Assembly (NCBI GenBank): GCA_009914755.4
Contig: CP068257.2
Span: 7,136,001 to 7,200,000, forward strand
From: the human T2T-CHM13v2.0 reference genome, Homo sapiens
DNA: 64,000 bases
Direction: 5' to 3'
The position numbers were made by a program, and so were the translations under genes. The notes beneath the pieces are model-generated. The model did no database searches. It saw nothing but the letters and a program-made list of their open reading frames with translations, and had not been told where the DNA came from. Within the stretch, counting starts at the first letter, position 1, and each line of letters starts with the position of its first letter. Below are positions 15,001 to 27,600 of this stretch, one piece after another.

Positions 15001-18000
15001 TGGAAGGGAATGGACTGGAAAGGAGTGGAGTGGAGTGGATTGGAATGGAATGCAATGGAGTGGAATGGAATGGAATACAATGGAATGGAGGTGAATGAGG
15101 TGGAATGGAATGGAATGGAATGGAATAAAATTGCAAAGAATGGAAAGGACTCAAATGGAATGAATTCAAACGTAATGGACTGTAGTGGAAAGGACTCGAA
15201 AGAATTGGACTTGAATGGAATGGAATGGAATGCAATTCAATTGAATGGAAAGGAGTGGAATTGAATTTAATGGAATGGAGTGGAGTGGGGTGGAATGGAA
15301 TGGAGTGGAGCGGAGAAGAGTGCAGTGGAGTGGAGTGGTGTGGAATGGAATGGAGTGGAATGGAGTGAAGAGGAGTGGATTGGAATGGATTGGAGAGGAA
15401 AGGAATGGATTGGAGGGGAGTGGAGTGGAGGGCAGTGTAGCGGAGTGAAAAGGAATGGAATGGAATGGAATGAAGTGCAGTGGATTGGAATGTATTGGAG
15501 AGGAATGGAATGGAATGGAACGGAATGGAATGGAAGGGAATGGAATCAAATAGAATGGACTGGAATAGAATGGACTCCAATGTAATGGACTAGAATGGAA
15601 TGGACCCGAATGGTAGGGAATAGAATGAAACTGAATCGAATGGAATGGAAACGAATGGCATAGAAAGGAATTGAATGGAATGCAGTGAAGTGGAGTGAAG
15701 TGGAGTGGAACGCAGTGGAATCAAATGGTTTGGAATATAATTGAAAGGAGTGGATTGGAGTGGAATGGAATGCAATGGGAAGGAATGGAATTGAGCAGAG
15801 TAGAGTGGAGTGGAGTGGAAAGGAATGGAATGGAATGGACTTGAATGGAATGGAATCAAATGGAATTGAAATGAATGGAATGGAAGAGAATGGATTGTAA
15901 ACGAATGACATCCAATGGAATCAAAAGGAATGCATTGAAGTGGAGTGGAGTGGAATATACTGGAATGAAATGGGGGGAACGGAATTGAATGGAGTGTAGT
16001 GGAGTGGAGTGGAATGGGTTTAAATGGAAAGGAATGGGAAGGAATGTAATTGAACGTAGTGGAGTGGAGTGGAGTGGAATGGAGTGGAGTGGAGTGCAGT
16101 GTTTAGTGGAGTGGAGAGGAGTACAGTTGAATGAAATGGAATGCAGTGGATTGGAGTTGAGTGGAGTGGAGAGGAATGGAGTGGAATGCAATTATGGGAG
16201 TTGAGTGGAGTAGAAGGGAAAGGAATGTAGTGGAGTGGAATTGAGTGGAGTGGAGTGGAGTGTAATTGAGTGGAGTGGAGTGGAATGGAGTGGAGTGGAA
16301 TGGCATGGAATGGAGTGGATTGGAGTGGAGGGCAATGCAATTGAATGGAATGGAATGGAGTGGAGTGCAGCAGAGTGGAGTGGAGTGGAGTGCATTGTAG
16401 TGGAGTGGAATGAAATGGAATGGAATGGAATGGACTCGAATGGAATGGACTGGATTGGAATGGACTCGAATGGAAAGGACTCGAATGGAATGAAATCGAA
16501 TGGAATGGAATGGAATGAAATGGAATCAAAGGAATGGAATGGTCACGAATGTAATGGACTGGAATGAAATGGACTCGAATGGACTCGAATGGAATGGACT
16601 CGAATGAAATGGAATCCAATTTAAAGGAATCGAGTGGAATGGAATTGAAAGGAATTGAATGGAATCGAATGGAATCAAATGGCATCCAATGGTATCGAAT
16701 GGAATTCGGTTAGTGGAGTGGAGTGGAATGGAGTGGAACGTAATGGGGTGGAATGGAATAAAATGGAGTGGAGTGAAGTGCAGTGGAATGTATTGGAATG
16801 GAATTGAATGGGAAGGAATGCAATTGAATGGAGTGCAGGGGAGTGTATTGGAGTGGAATGTAATGAAATGGAAGGGATTGGAGTGGATTGGAGTGGAGTG
16901 GAATGGAGTGGAGTGCAATGCAATGGATTGGAGTTTAGTGTGGTGGAGTGGAGTGGAGTGGAAAGAAATGGAATGGAATGGAATGGAATTGAATTGAATG
17001 AAACAAAAGGAATGGAATGGAATTGATCGGAATGGAATCAAAATGAATTGAATCAAATGCAAGGGAGCAGAATGGAATGGACTCGAATGGAATGGAATCG
17101 AATGGAATGGAATCAAATGGCATCGAATGGAATCGAATGGAATGCGGTGAATTAGATTGGAGTGTAGTGGAAAGGAGTGGAGCGGAATTGGGTGCAATTG
17201 AATTGAAAGGAGCGTAGTGGAGTGGAGGAGAATGGAGTGTAATGGAATGCAATGGGAAGGAATGGAATTGAATGGAGTGGAGGTGAGTTTAGTGGAGTGA
17301 AGTGGAGTGGAGTGGATTGGAATGAAATGGAATGGAATGGAATAGGATAGAATGTACTCGAATGGAATGGAATCAAATGAAATGGAGTCGAATGGAATTC
17401 AATCGAATGGCATCGAATGGAATCGAATAGAATGAAGTGAAGTGGCGCCCTGGAGAGGATTGGAATGTAGTGGAATGGTATGGGGTGGAATGGAATTAGA
17501 TGGAGTGGAGTAGATTGGAGGGGAATGGAGCGGAATGGAATGGAATGGAATGGGAAGGAATGATATTTAACGGAGTGGAGGGGAGTGGAGTGGAATGTAA
17601 TGTAACGGAATGGAATAGTGTAGAATGGAGAGGAGTGGAGGGCACTGGAGTTGAGTGGAGTGGAATAAAACGAAAAGGAGTGGAGTTGAGTGGACAGGAG
17701 TTGAGTGGAGTGGAATGGAATAAAGTGGAGTAGAGTGGAGTGGAGTAGAAGGGAATGCAATGGAGTGGAGTGGAGTTGCGTGGAGTGGAGGGGATTGGAG
17801 TGGTTTGGAGTGGAGTGGAAATGAATGCAGAGGAATGGAACGGAATGGAGTGGAGTGGAGTGGAGTGGAATGCAAAGAAATAGAATGGAGTGGAGTGCAT
17901 TGCCATGTAGTGGAGTGGAATAGAGTGTAACAGAGTACAGTGGAATGGAATGGAATGGAAAGGAATTGAAGGGAAAGGACTGCAACAGAATGGACTGGAA

Positions 18001-18174
18001 AGGAATGGATTTGAATGGAATGGACTCGAATGGAATGGAATCAAATGGAATGGCATGGAATAAAATGGAATGAAACGGAAAGGAATCAAATGAAATGAAA
18101 TGGAATGGAATGCAATGGAATGGAATAGAAAGGAATGGAATGGAATGGAATGGAATGGAATGGAATGGAATGGA

Positions 18175-18554
18175 ATGGAACAGAACAGAATGGAATGGAA
18201 TGGAATGCAATAAAATCGAATGTAATGGAAGCGAATGGCATGAATACAATCGAAAGGATTGTGGTGGAGAGGAGGGGAGTGGAGTGGAGTGGAATGGAGT
18301 GGAAGGGAATGGGGTGGAATGGAAGTGAATGGAGTGGAATGGATTGGAATGGAATGGAAAGGAACGGAACAGAATGGAATGGAATGGAATGGAATGCAAT
18401 AAAATCGAATGTAATGGAAGCAAATGGCATGAATACAATCGAAAGGATTGTGGTGGAGAGGAGGGGAGTGGAGTGGAGTGGAATGGAGTGGAAGGGAATG
18501 GGGTGGAATGGAAGTGAATGGAGTGGAATGGAATGGAATGGAGTGGAATTGAAT
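18175..18554 (+). repeat. Near-perfect 190-bp tandem duplication (2 copies) inside the composite domain
   Basis: aatgcaataaaatcgaatgtaatggaagc(g/a)aatggcatgaatacaatcgaaaggattgtggtggagaggaggggagtggagtggagtggaatggagtggaagggaatggggtggaatggaagtgaatggagtggaatgg occurs at ~18,204 and again at ~18,394 with a single visible mismatch. ORF 18135..18581 shows the same 63-aa periodic repeat. Confidence 0.85.
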
Positions 18555-20099
18555 GGAATCAGAAGGAATGGAATAGAATAGAGTGCAGTGTAGTGGAGTG
18601 GAACGGAATGGAAAGGTATAGGGTGGAGTGGAGTGGAGTGGATTGGAGTGCAGTCGAATGGAGTGGAATTGGTGGATATTGAACAGAATGGACAAGAGTG
18701 TAATGGAATGGAATGTAGTGGAGTGTAGTGAAGTGGAATAAAATGAAACGGACTGGAATAGAATGGAATGGAATGGAATGGAATGGAACGGAATGGAATG
18801 GACTCCAGTGGAAAGGACCTGAATGGAATGGACTCGAATGGAATGGAATTGAAAGGAAGGGAATGGACTGGAATCCAATGGCATGAATGAAATCGAATAG
18901 AATGCGATGAAATGGATTAGAGTTGAGTAGAATAGAGTGGAATGGAATGGCGTGAAACGGAATTGAATGGAGTGGAGTAGATTGGAGTTGAATGGAGTGG
19001 AATGGAATGGAATTGGAAGGAATGGAATTGAACGGGGTTGAGTGGAATAGAGGGGAATGCAAGGAAGGGGAGTGGAGTGGAGTGGAATGGAATGGGGTGG
19101 AGTGGAATTTAATAGAGTGGAGTGGAGTCGAGTGGAATGGAATATAATGGAATGGAATGGAAGAGAAAGGACTGGAATGGAATAGAATGGAATGGATTGG
19201 AATGGAATGGAATGGAATCGAATGACAATGAATGGAATCGAATGGAATGAGTTGAAGTGGAGTGAAGTCGAGTGGAATGGAATGGGGTGGAATGGAATTC
19301 AATGGAGGGGATTGGAGTGGAGTGGAATGGAATGGAATGGATAGGGAAGGAATGGAATTGAACGGAGTGGAGTGGAATGGAGTGGAGTTGAATGGAGTAT
19401 AATGGAATGGATATGGAAGGAATGGAATTCAACGGAGTGCAGTGGATGGGAGTGGAGTGGAATGCAATGGAATGGTATGGAATGGAGTGGAGTGGAGTGG
19501 AGTGGAGTGCAGTGGAGTGGAGTGCAATAAAGTGGAATGGAATTGAATGGAATGGAATGGAGTGGATTAGACTGAAATGGAGTGGAGTGGATTGCAGTGG
19601 AATGGAAAGGAATAGACACAAATGTAAAAGAATGGAATGGAATGGAATGCACTGGACTAATGGAATGGACTGGCATGGAATGGACTGGAATGCAATGGAA
19701 TCGAATGGAAGGGAAACGAATGGAATCATATTGAATGGGGTGGAATCGAATCTAATGGAATGGAATGGCAATGAATGGAATCGAATGGAATACCGGGGAG
19801 TGGAGAGGAGTGGAGTGGAATGGAGTGGAATGGAATGGTGTGGAATGGAAGTGAATGGAGTGGAGTGGAATCGAGTGGAATGGAGTGCAATGGAAAGGAA
19901 TGGGTAGGAATGGAATGGAATGGGTATGAATGAAATAGAATGGAGTGGAGTGGAAAGGAGTGGTGTGGAATGCAATGGAATGGAATAGAATGGAGTGGGG
20001 TAGAGTGGAATGGAATTGAATGGAGTGGAATGGAAAGGAATGGAATTGAACAGAGTGGAGGGGAGTGGAATTGAATTCAATGGAATAGAATGGAATGGA

Positions 20100-21250
20100 A
20101 TGGAATGGAATGGAATGGAATGGAATGGAGTGAAATGGAGTGGAATAGAGTGGATTGGAGTGAAGTGGAATGGAGAGGAATGGAATGCAAAGGAGTGGAG
20201 TACAGTGAAGCAGAGTGGAGTACAAAGGAGTGAAATAGAATGGAATGCAGTAGAAAGGTAGGAGTGGAATGGAATGGAGTGGAGTAGAGTGGAGTCTGGA
20301 GGAATGGAGTTGAATGGAATGGGATGGAACAGATTTGAATAGAGTCGAGTGTAGTAGAATTGAATAGAGTGGAATGGAGTGGAATGGAATGGATTGGGAA
20401 GGCATGGAAATGCAAAGAGTGGAGTAGAGTGGATTGGAGTGGAATGCAAAGGAATATAATGGATTAGAGTGGAGTGGAGGGAAGTGGAGTAAAGTGGAAT
20501 GGAATGGAATGGAGAAGAGTGGAGTGAAGTGGAGTGAAGTGGAATAGAATTGAATGAAGTGGAATGTAATGGAATGGAATTGATTGGGAAGGCATGGAAA
20601 TGCAAAGAGTGGAGTGGATTGGGGTGGATTGGACTGGAATGCAAAGGAATTGAATGGAATGGAGTGGAGTGGAGTGAAGTGGAGTGAAGTGGAATGGAAT
20701 GGAATGGAGAGGAGTGGAGTGAAGTGGAGTGAAGCGGAATGAAATGGAATGGAGTGCAATGAAGTGCAGTGGAATGGAATGGAATGGAGTGGAGTGGAGC
20801 AGAGTGGAGTGAATTGGAATGGAATGGGTGGGACTGCAGTGGAGTGGAAAGGAATGGAATAGATTGGAGACAACTGGAGTGGAGTAGAGTGATAAGGGAT
20901 GGAATGGAATGGAGTGGAGTGGAGTGGTTTGGAGTGGAGTGGAGTGGAGTTGAACGGAGGGTAATGGAATGGAATGGATTGGAATGGAATGGAATGGAAT
21001 GGAAACGAATGGAATGAAAGCGAATGGCATCGAATGTAATCGAATGGAATGCTGTAAAATGGATTGGAGTTGAGTAGAATAGAGTGAAATGGAATGGGGT
21101 GGAATGGAATGCGGTGGAAATGGGGTGGAACGGAATTGAATGGAGTGGAGTGGATTGGAGTGTAATGGAGAGGAATGGAATGGAATTGGATGGAATGGAA
21201 TTGAACGGAGTGGAGTGGAATAGAGTGGAGTAAAGTGGAATGCAATGGAA
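20100..21250 (+). repeat. Kilobase-scale paralogous segment A' (partner of 14,100-15,000; offset ~6.0-6.3 kb)
   Basis: See the partner feature. Additionally, an internal ~190-bp duplication of ggaatggattgggaaggcatggaaatgcaaagagtggagt.. lies at ~20,385 and ~20,575. Confidence 0.65.
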
Positions 21251-22240
21251 TGGAAAGGAATGTAATGTTAAGTAATTGAATGGAATGGAATGGAATGAAA
21301 TGCAACGGAAAGGAGTGGAGTGGATTGGAATGGAATGCAATGGAGTGGAATGTAATGTAATTGTGTAGAATGGAATAGACTACAACGGATTGGAATCAAA
21401 TGGACTCGAATGGAATAGACCCAAATGGAATGGACTCGAAAGGAATGGCATCGAATATATTGGAATGGAATGGATTCGAATAGAACGGACTCAAAAGGAA
21501 TGGACAGGAATGGAGTGAACTCAAATGGAATGTAGTTGAATGGAAAGGAATCAAATGGAATGGAATCAAATGGAATGGAATAGATTGGAATGAAATTGAC
21601 TGGAATAGAATGCAATCGAAAAGAATGGAATAGAATGAAATGGAATCGAAAGGAATGGAGTCAAATGGAATGAAATGGAATGGAATGGAATTAAATAGAC
21701 TGGAATGGGATACAATCGAAAGGAATGGAATAGAATGGAATGGAATGGAATGGAATGGATGGGAATTGAAGGGCATCGAATGGCATCATATGGAATGCGG
21801 TGAAATGGAGTGGAATGGATAGGAATGGAGTGGAATTGAATGTCTTGGAATGGAATTGAATGGAGTGGGGTGGAATGGAGGGCAAGGGAGTGGAATGCAA
21901 TGGAATAGGAAGGAATGGAATTGAGTGGAGTGGAGTGGTGTGGAGTAGGTTGGAGTGGAGTGGAATTGAACGGAGTGAAGTCGAGTGGAGTGGAGCGGAG
22001 TGCAGCCAAATGCAATGGAATGGACTCGATCTGAATGGACTGGAATGGAATGGACACGAGTGGAATGGAGTCGAATGGAATGTATTCCAATGGAATGGAA
22101 TGTATTCCAAAGGAATGGAATCGAAAGTAATGGAATCGAATGGCATCGAATGGAATCGAATGGAATGCGATGAAGTTGAGTGGAGTGGAGTGGAATGGAA
22201 TGGAAATGAATAGGGTGGAATGGAATTGAATGGAGTTGAG

Positions 22241-22400
22241 TGGAATGGAGTGTAAAGAAAAGGAATGGGAAGGAATGGAAATGAACAGAGTGGAGTGGAG
22301 AGGAGTGAAGTGGAGTGGAGTGGAATGGAGTGTAAAGAAAAGGAATGGGAAGGAATGGAAATGAACAGAGTGGAGTGGAGAGGAGTGAAGTGGAGTGGAG
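22241..22400 (+). repeat. Perfect 80-bp tandem duplication
   Basis: tggaatggagtgtaaagaaaaggaatgggaaggaatggaaatgaacagagtggagtggagaggagtgaagtggagtggag is present at 22,241-22,320 and identically at 22,321-22,400. Confidence 0.85.
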
Positions 22401-24699
22401 TGGAATGCAATGGAATAGAATGGAAAGGATGGAGTGCAGTAGAGTGCATTGAAATGGAATGCAATGGAAAGGAATGGAGTCGAGTACAGGGGAGTGGAGT
22501 GGAGTGGAATGGAATGGAATGGACTCAAATGGAATGGAATTGAATGGAGTAGACATTAAATGGAAAGGACACGAATGGAATGGAATCAAAAGGGATGGAT
22601 TCAAATGGAATGGAATCGAATGACATGGAATGGAATCGAATGGAACGCGATTAGGCTGAGTGGAGTGGAGTGAAATGGAGTGGAATAGAATATTGTGAAT
22701 TGGAATTGAATGGAGTGGAGTGGAGTGGATTGTAATGGAGTGGAATGGAATGGAATGGGAAGGAACGGAATTGAACGGAGTGGAGTGGAGAGGAGTGACG
22801 TGGAGTGGAGTTGAATGCAATGGAATAGAATGGAAAGGAGTGGAGTGGATTGGAGTGGAATGCAATGGAATGGAATGGAGTGGAGTAGAGGGGAGTTGAG
22901 CGGAGTGGAGTGGAATGGAATGAAATGGAATGGAATGTACTCAAATGGAATGGACTCAAATAGAGTGGACGGGAATGGAATGGACTCGAATGGAATGGAT
23001 TCGAACGCAATGGAATCGAATGGGATGGATTCAAATGCAATGGAATCGAATGACATCGAATGGAATAGAATGGAATGCGATCAAGTGGAGAGCAGTGGAG
23101 GGGAATATTGGGGAATGGAATGGTGTGCAAAGGAATTCAATGGAATGGACTGGAGTAGAGTGGAATGGATTGAAATGGAATGGAATGGGAAGGAATGGAA
23201 TTGAACAAAGTGGAGTGAAATGGAGTGGAGAGGAATTGAATGAAATGGAATGGAGTGGAATGGAATGGAGTGATGTGGAATGGAAACGAAAGGAACAGAA
23301 TGGAATGGAATGGAATGGACTCGACTAGAACGGACTGGAATGGAATGCACTTTAATGGAATGGACAGGAATGGAATGGACTCGAATGGAAGGGAATCAAT
23401 TGAAAAGGAATCGAATGGAATGGATTAGAATGGAATGGAATAAATGCAATGGAGTCGAAAGGAATGGAATCAATTGTAAAGGAATTCAATGGCATCAAGT
23501 GTAATCGACCAGAATGTGATGAAGTGCAGTGGAGTGGAATGGAATACAATGCAATGGAATGGAATGGATTGGAGTGGAGAGAACTGGAGTGGAGTGGAGT
23601 GAAGTGGACTGGAGTGTAGTGGAATGCAGTGTATTGCAATGGAGTGGAATGAAGTAGAGTGGAGTGGAATGGAGTGGAATGGACTGGAATTGAGTGGAAT
23701 TGAATGGAATACAATGGATTCAAAAGGATTGGACTCGAATGGAATGGAAGCAAATGGAATGAAATCCAAAGGAATGGAAACGAATGGAATGGAATCTAAA
23801 GGAATGGAATGGAATCGAATGGAATGGAATCAAATGGAATGGAATGGAATGGAATGGAATTAAATGGACTGCAATGGAATTTAATCGAAAGGAATGGAAT
23901 GGAATCGAATGGAAAGGAACTGAAGGGCATTTAATGGCATTGAATGGAATGCGGTGAAGTGGAGTGGAAGGGATTGGAATGGAATGCAATAGAAAAGAAT
24001 GGAATGAAATGGAATGGAATGGAATGGAATTGCATGGCATTGAATGGAATGCAGTGAAGCAGAATGGAAGGGATTGGAATGGAGTGGAATTGAATGGGTT
24101 GGAATGGAATTGAGTGGAGTGTGGTGGAATGGAGGGGAATGGAGTGGAATGCATAGGAATGGGAAGGAATGGAATTGAAAGGAGTGGAGTGGAGTACATT
24201 GGAGTGGAGTGTAATTGAACGGAGTGTGGTCGAGTGGAGTGGAGTGCAGCAAAATTGAATGGAATGGAATGGACTCGATTTGAATGGACTGGAATAGAAT
24301 GGACACGAGTGTAATGGACACGAGTGGAATGGACTCAAATGGAATGCAATCAAATGGAATGGAAGCAAAAGGAATGGAATCGAAAGGAAAGGAATCGCAT
24401 GGCATTGAATGGCATCGAATGGAATGTGATGAAGTTGAGTGGAGTGCAGTAGAATGAAGTAGAATGGAATAGGGTGGATTGGAATTGAATGGAGTGGAGT
24501 GCAACGGAGTGGAATGGAATAGAATGGGAGGAATGGAATTGAACAGAGAGGAGTGGAGAGGATTTAAGTGGAGTGGAGTGGAATGCCATGGAATAGAATG
24601 GAAAGGAGTGGAGTACAGTGGAGTGGATTGGAGTGGAATGCAATGGAATAGAATGGAGTGGAGTAGAGGGGAGTGGAGTGGAGTGCAGAGGAATGGAAT

Positions 24700-27600
24700 G
24701 GAATGGTATGGAATGGACTCAAATGGAATGGAATGGAAACGAATGATATCGAACATAATAGGATGGAATGCAATGGAATAGAATGGAAGGGAATGGATGA
24801 AATGGAATGCAATGGAATGCAATGGAAGGGAATAGATGGAATGGAATGCAATGGAATGGAATCACATGGAATGCAATACAGTGGAGTGGAATGGAATCTA
24901 ATGGAAAAGAATGGAATGGAATGGAATAGAATGGAATGGAATCGAATGGAATAGAATAAATGGAATGGAATGGAATGGACTCAAAAAGAAAGAACTCGAA
25001 TGGAATGGAACCGAATGGAATAGAATGGAATGGACTCAAATGTAATGGACTGAAATGGAATGGACTGCAACGGAATGGAATCGAATGGAAAGGATTCGAA
25101 TGGAATGGAATGGAATGCACTCGAACGCAATGTACTGGAATGGAATTGACTCGAGTGGAATGGACAGCAATGGAATTGACTCTTATGGAAAGGATTGGAA
25201 TGTAATGTAGTTGAATGGAATGGAAACTAATGGAATGGAATGGAATGCAATCGAATGGAATGCAATCGAGTGGAATGGAATCGAATGGAAAGGAATGGAA
25301 TAGATTTTAATGGAATGTACTGGAATGGAATGGAATAGAAAGGAATCGAATGTATTGGAATGGAATGGAGTGGAATGGACTCGAATGTAATGGAATGGAA
25401 TTGAAAGGACTGCAATGAGATGGATTTGAATAGAATGGAATCCAATAGAATGGAATCAAATGGATTTTACTGGAATGGAATGGAATCGAATGCAATCGAC
25501 GCTAAAGGAATGGAATCAAAAGCAATGGAATTGATAATAAGGGAATCGAATGGATTGGAATGGAATAGAATCGAATATAATGGAATGGAACGGAATGAAT
25601 GCAATGCAATGGAATGGAATGGAATCTAATAAAATGGAATGGAATGGAGTGGAATCGATTAGAATGGAATGGTATGGACTCGAATGGAATGGATTGGAAT
25701 GGATTGGAGTGGAATGGAATGGAATGGAATGGACTTGAATGGAATGGGCTCAAATGGAATGGAATCGAATGGAATACAATGGAATGGACTCAAATGTAAT
25801 GGACTGGAATGGAATGGACTCCAATGGAATGAACTTGAACGTAATTGACTCGAATGGAATGGAATCCAGTGAAATGGAATGGAATGGAATGGAACAGAAT
25901 TGAATGGAATGGACTCGAAGGAAATGTACTGGAATGGAAAGGACTCGAATGGAATGGACTCAAATGGTGTTGACTGGAATGGAATGGAATCGAATACAAT
26001 GGACTCCATTGAAATGGACTCGAACGGAATGTAATAGAATGGAATGGAATGCAATGGAATGGAATGGAAAGGAATGGAATCGACTGAAATGGACTAGAAT
26101 GGAATCTACTAGAATGAAACGGACTCCAACGGAATGGATTCGAAGGGAATGCAGTCAAGTAGAATGGAATCAAATGGATTGGAATCTAATTGAATGGAAT
26201 GTAATGGAATCAAATGGAATGGAATGGATTGGAATGGAATGGAATGGACTTGAATGGGCTCAAATTGCATGGAATCGAATGGAATAGAACAGAATGGAAT
26301 GGACTCAAATTTAATGGACTGGAATGGAAAGGACTCCAATGGAATGGACTCAAACATAATTTACTCGAATGGAATGGAATCCAGTGAAATGGAATGGAAT
26401 GGAATGGAACAGAATTGAATGGAATGGACTCAAAAGAAATGTACTGGGATGGAATGGACTCAAATGGAATGGACTCGAATGGCGTGGACTGGAATGGAAT
26501 GGCATCGAATAGAATGGACTCCATTGAAATGGACTCGAATGGAATGCATTAAAATGGAATGAAATCGAATGGAATGGAATGGAAAGCAATGAAATCGACT
26601 GGAATGGACTAGAATGGAATCTACTAGAATCAAATGGACTCCAACGGAATTCGAAGGGAATGCAGTCAAATGGAATGGAATCGAATGGATTGGAATCTAA
26701 TGGAAAGGAATGAAATCGAATGGAATGGAATCAAAAGAAATGGAATGGAATGCAACAGAATAAAATGGTATGGAATCAAGTAGAGGTGAATGGAGTGGAT
26801 TGGAATGAAATGGAATGGACCCGGGTGAAAAGGACTCGGAGTGGACTCCGAGTGGAGTGTACTCGAATAGAAAGGACTCAAAAAGAATGGAACTGAATCG
26901 AATGGAATGGAACCAAATGGATTGGAATGGAATGGAATGGAATTTAATGGAATGGAATGGTATGGAATGGAATGGAAAGGAATGGAATGGAATGGAATGG
27001 AATTGAATGGAATGGAATAGCATGGTATGGACTTGAATAGAATGGAATGGACACGAATGGAATGGATTCAAGTGGAATGGACTCAAATTGAATGGATTCA
27101 AATGGAATGGAATCGAATGGAATGCAATCGAGGGGCATGGATTCTAACGGGTTGGAATCGAATGCAATGGAACGTAATGGAATGGACCCGAAAGGAATGG
27201 ACTCAAAGAAAATGGACTGGAATGGAATGGAATGGAGTGGAATGGAGTGAAATGTAACGGAATACAATCGAATGGAATAGAATTGAATGGAATGGACAGG
27301 AATGGAATGGACTACAATGGAATGGAGTAGAATGGAATTGATTCGATTTGAATACATTCGAATGGGATGGATTTGAATGGAATGGACTTGAATCGAATGC
27401 AATCGAATGGAATGGAACTGAAGGGAATGGAGTCAAATTCAATGGACAGGAGTAGAATGGACTGGAATGTAATGGAAGCGAATGGAATGGACTGGATTGA
27501 TACCGACCCGAATGGAATAGACACAAATGGAATGATATCAAATGGAATGCAATGAAATGCATTTGATTGGAATCGAAAGGAATGGAGACGAATATTATGG

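Larger units (their letters stand above)
5510..24700 (+). repeat. Composite satellite domain of alternating GGAGT-rich and GGAAT-rich sub-blocks (~0.2-1 kb each) with a conserved junction motif
   Basis: Variants of catcgaatggaatcgaatggaatgcggtgaagtggagtgg recur at ~6,590, 6,830, 7,380, 7,450, 9,770, 10,630, 11,140, 11,800, 14,740, 17,110, 17,400, 21,030, 21,770, 22,140, 23,040, 23,930 and 24,400. In each case GGAGT-type units lie 3' of the motif and GGAAT-type units lie 5'. Confidence 0.75.

Noticed and set aside
17440-17455. GC-rich string ggcgccctggagagg as a possible regulatory element or foreign insertion
   Set aside because: It is only ~15 bp long and flanked on both sides by normal satellite units. 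It is explicable by a few substitutions in a GGAGT-type unit. No extended non-satellite sequence accompanies it.
19109-21340. Longest ORF (743 aa, - strand) and the many other 60-600 aa ORFs on both strands
   Set aside because: Translations are periodic low-complexity repeats (HSIPF.. / MEWNG..) produced by a pentamer that has no stop codons in any frame. ORFs tile and overlap on both strands throughout. There are no start or stop context features and no complex sequence. They are not genes.
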